DNA of 45,068 bases from a virus, in IMG/VR virus record IMGVR_UViG_3300033549_000082, positions 1 to 45,068 of that record; one strand, given 5' to 3'. The position numbers and the translations under genes are program-made. Below the pieces are notes generated by a model. That model ran no database searches, was not told where the DNA came from, and saw nothing but the letters and a program-made list of their open reading frames with translations. Within the stretch, counting starts at the first letter, position 1. The number at the start of each line of letters is the position of its first letter. Positions 42,977 through 45,068 of this stretch are shown piece by piece.

Positions 42977-43600
42977 TTATTTAGTACAGTAAATTAACTG
43001 CACTACAAATTCTTCCATCTGTGTTGCAGACGGTAAAGTTAAAACTAATGTGATTTCATCTCCATAAGTAACATGACAATTTGTTTCATCAAGGTCAACG
43101 CCTGTTTCTTGCCAAGCACTATTTACAACGTTCACGTCAGATGTTAGTACAGAAAGACTATTTTTATAACAATTTAATACTAACCCAGTCTTATCTGCAG
43201 TTATAAAAAATGTCAAACCAAGAATAACCGAATCTCTTCCTATCCATTTTGCTCTTCTGTAAATATTACCATTTATTTTATCTTTCATTTCCAACGAAGA
43301 ATCATAAACAAAACCTAAATTACTCCCATTTATTTTCATTTTATTTAAGGTAAGAGGTAATGGGAAACCTCTTACCGTTACTATGTTTGAAGCAATACTT
43401 ATCACTTGGTGATAACTTGTAACATTAGAAGCATCATAGCAACATAAGACAACACCTTTAGCTAAAGTAGATATAGACCTAAGAATCTCAAAAGTATTTT
43501 GACTTAATCTGATTGAATTGTAGTCAATATCTCTGATTAAATAATTCCATAATCCCTCAGCAGATAAAAAAGTATTAGTCCTAAGTTGCCCTACGTGCAT
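42977..43600 (-). CDS. hypothetical protein (207 aa)
   Basis: ATG overlaps the upstream stop (TAATG). Confidence 0.55.
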   Translation of the reverse strand: MHVGQLRTNTFLSAEGLWNYLIRDIDYNSIRLSQNTFEILRSISTLAKGVVLCCYDASNVTSYHQVISIASNIVTVRGFPLPLTLNKMKINGSNLGFVYDSSLEMKDKINGNIYRRAKWIGRDSVILGLTFFITADKTGLVLNCYKNSLSVLTSDVNVVNSAWQETGVDLDETNCHVTYGDEITLVLTLPSATQMEEFVVQLIYCTK

Positions 43601-44226
43601 TAGATAATTACCACCTTTCCATCAAATCTTCCATCAGGAACTTCTGGAATCCTCAAACCTATATTTCCTGTAGAAGAAATCTTTACCTCATCAACGTCAA
43701 TCTTAACAAAATCAGAACCAGAAGCCATAAAAATCTGTGCCGCTGGATTTACACCTCTTCCATGCGTAGCCGCAATTATAGAGAAATAATAATAACCTCC
43801 AGCTGGAGCTCCCCAACCCGCAATATCAAAGGCTTCTGTATAACGCTCAGAAGGAAGTGAGTCTGATTCTTCCAAGAAGTTACAATGCCAAACACCAGCA
43901 GACGTTGAATTATCAACAAGAGTAAAAGCATACGCTCTGCCTGACTCAACCGCCCTCAACAACACAGGAGTTGTTGCATGATAAGTCTTAACTGCTAATG
44001 CACCCGCACCAGCAGCATGAATATTTACCTGCCAACCAATACTCAATGTGGTAGCATCTGGCAGAATTGTATCTTGTCCTGCCGTAGCCGTTAAGTACTG
44101 CCACCACGCTGAATGTTTGTCTAAGACTTCTGCGGCTGTTATGGTTGCAGCTCTTAAACCTTGATTAGCACGCCTCCCTACCTCCAAAGTTCGTAAAACC
44201 TTAAAATCTCCTCTTACCTCATACAT
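43600..44226 (-). CDS. hypothetical beta-rich protein (208 aa), paralogous C-terminal domain with ORF 44232-44618
   Basis: C-terminus YYFSIIAATHGRGVNPAAQIF...LRIPEVPDGRFDGKVVII, compared with YELTIAHNMDSGNVLFKVF...LLVPSNPDCRFSGNIILHGG in the neighbour. Confidence 0.55.
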   Translation of the reverse strand: MYEVRGDFKVLRTLEVGRRANQGLRAATITAAEVLDKHSAWWQYLTATAGQDTILPDATTLSIGWQVNIHAAGAGALAVKTYHATTPVLLRAVESGRAYAFTLVDNSTSAGVWHCNFLEESDSLPSERYTEAFDIAGWGAPAGGYYYFSIIAATHGRGVNPAAQIFMASGSDFVKIDVDEVKISSTGNIGLRIPEVPDGRFDGKVVII

Positions 44227-44231
44227 AAACT

Positions 44232-44618
44232 TTAACCTCCGTGTAAAATAATGTTACCACTAAACCTACAATCTGGATTAGACGGAACTAACAACTTTAA
44301 AGTGTTGGCTGAAACAAAGATAAAATCTTCAGGAACTACCTCTGAGTAGCCAATAAAAACTTTAAACAACACATTACCGCTATCCATGTTATGAGCAATC
44401 GTCAATTCATACCTTCCAGCATTTAGACTCCAATCATCAACATTAAACAAAGCCTCAGCTATCTTAAAAGTCCCCGTAGGAGTCTCCTTCAACCTAACCT
44501 TTAACGCATCCTTTTCCTTCTCATAAACAGCATTGAAAATATCCTTATCACTACGAATCCCGCTTAATCCTTCCGCAGTGTAAACCCTATTTAAGATTTG
44601 TTTTGCTGAAAGCCGCAT
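44232..44618 (-). CDS. hypothetical beta-rich protein (128 aa), paralogous domain with ORF 43600-44226
   Basis: See the shared motif listed for ORF 43600-44226. AAGGA upstream. Confidence 0.55.
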   Translation of the reverse strand: MRLSAKQILNRVYTAEGLSGIRSDKDIFNAVYEKEKDALKVRLKETPTGTFKIAEALFNVDDWSLNAGRYELTIAHNMDSGNVLFKVFIGYSEVVPEDFIFVSANTLKLLVPSNPDCRFSGNIILHGG

Positions 44619-44695
44619 AATTAGTCCTTAGAAAATATGAGGGTTATATACAATCCCATATCATCATTTTTTGTCATTTTTTCTACGTATCCTCC

Positions 44696-44992
44696 TTAAA
44701 ATGGATTACTTGCTTCTACAGATACTCCTTCTCTCCCAACTCCAACCGCATACTTAAAAGCGTCTGCTCCAATCAACCACTTTAATATCTCTAATGTTGG
44801 GTCTATCGGCTCAACAGGGGGCTTAGTATAGCTAATATGTACATCTATCAATTTAACCTCCTTCGCATCAAAAGTAAAAGTAGGGAGTGGTATAGGCTCA
44901 CTAATACCCCTCTCAGCCTTTACTATTCTCTCTATAGCTCCACAGGAAGCTAAAGAGAAACAAAAAATAAATATTAAGGTAATATTTTTCAT
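44696..44992 (-). CDS. small Pro-rich lipoprotein (candidate o-spanin)
   Basis: MKNITLIFIFCFSLAS|C lipobox. The mature part has EPIPLPTF and KPPVEPIDP. The ORF spans the circular junction (its start corresponds to window position 65). Confidence 0.55.
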   Translation of the reverse strand: MKNITLIFIFCFSLASCGAIERIVKAERGISEPIPLPTFTFDAKEVKLIDVHISYTKPPVEPIDPTLEILKWLIGADAFKYAVGVGREGVSVEASNPF

Positions 44993-45068
44993 GATTCTTC
45001 AAGGTCTAATATTTGCTAATAACTGTAATCCATAAATAACCTCATTCATCTGCTCACAAACACTTAAC
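44928..45068. repeat. terminal direct repeat, copy 2
   Basis: Identical to 1-141. Confidence 0.9.

Larger units (their letters stand above)
1..44927. other. one complete unit of a circularly closed (or terminally redundant) tailed dsDNA phage genome, 44,927 bp
   Basis: Bases 1-141 are identical to 44928-45068. The gene set includes terminase, portal, scaffold, capsid, lysis and replication modules. The ORF 44696-44992 is continuous across the junction. Confidence 0.8.

Noticed and set aside
44619-44695. 18-codon ORF (MTKNDDMGLYITLIFSKD) in the 77-nt late-arm gap
   Set aside because: The AAGGAGG that precedes it is 13 nt from the ATG and overlaps the upstream stop codon. The ORF is too short and unsupported. 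The gap is more notable for the TTGTCATTTTTT 12-mer it shares with the O2 palindrome region.

Overview
The window is one complete, circularly closed unit of a low-GC (about 30-35%) tailed dsDNA phage genome. Bases 1-141 are identical to 44928-45068, so the unit length is 44,927 bp. Its organisation resembles a podovirus: no tail tube, sheath or tape-measure set is visible, but there is a block of very large putative ejection proteins.

Architecture: a 2.45-kb, mostly non-coding control region (4793-7243) separates two divergent arms.
- Plus-strand arm. Small early ORFs lie at 7244-9172. A GC-rich five-ORF cassette follows at 9175-11452. A recombination/replication operon spans 11737-22757 and encodes ATP-dependent DNA ligase, a MazG-like domain, a Cas4-like nuclease, a Sak4-like ATPase, a ParB-methyltransferase fusion, DUF3310, a UDG-like/PolA fusion and a P-loop NTPase.
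- Minus-strand late arm. It starts at the putative small terminase (4780) and runs leftward through terL. It continues through a six-gene envelope-protein module, across the circular junction, then through three small proteins, holin, muramidase, portal, scaffold and major capsid. It ends with a SPRY/cysteine-rich fibre and a 1546-aa protein that stops at 22802.
- The two arms converge on a bidirectional terminator at 22769-22797.

Nearly every gene has an AGGAGG-type Shine-Dalgarno (SD) sequence, and the early promoters are sigma70-like.

Most unusual features:
1. The terL-coupled module of six membrane, lipoprotein or exported proteins, including a sensor-like two-TM protein with no output domain.
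2. The control region. It holds a lone self-contained ORF behind three TGACAA-N3-TTGTCA palindromes arranged like a divergent promoter/operator switch. It also holds a repeat-rich, possibly RNA-structured element upstream of the putative terS, an ORF-free purine-rich leader, and iteron-like repeats flanking a (TA)n palindrome.
3. The GC-rich early cassette of orphan genes.

All functional calls come from motifs read by eye; no database search was possible.
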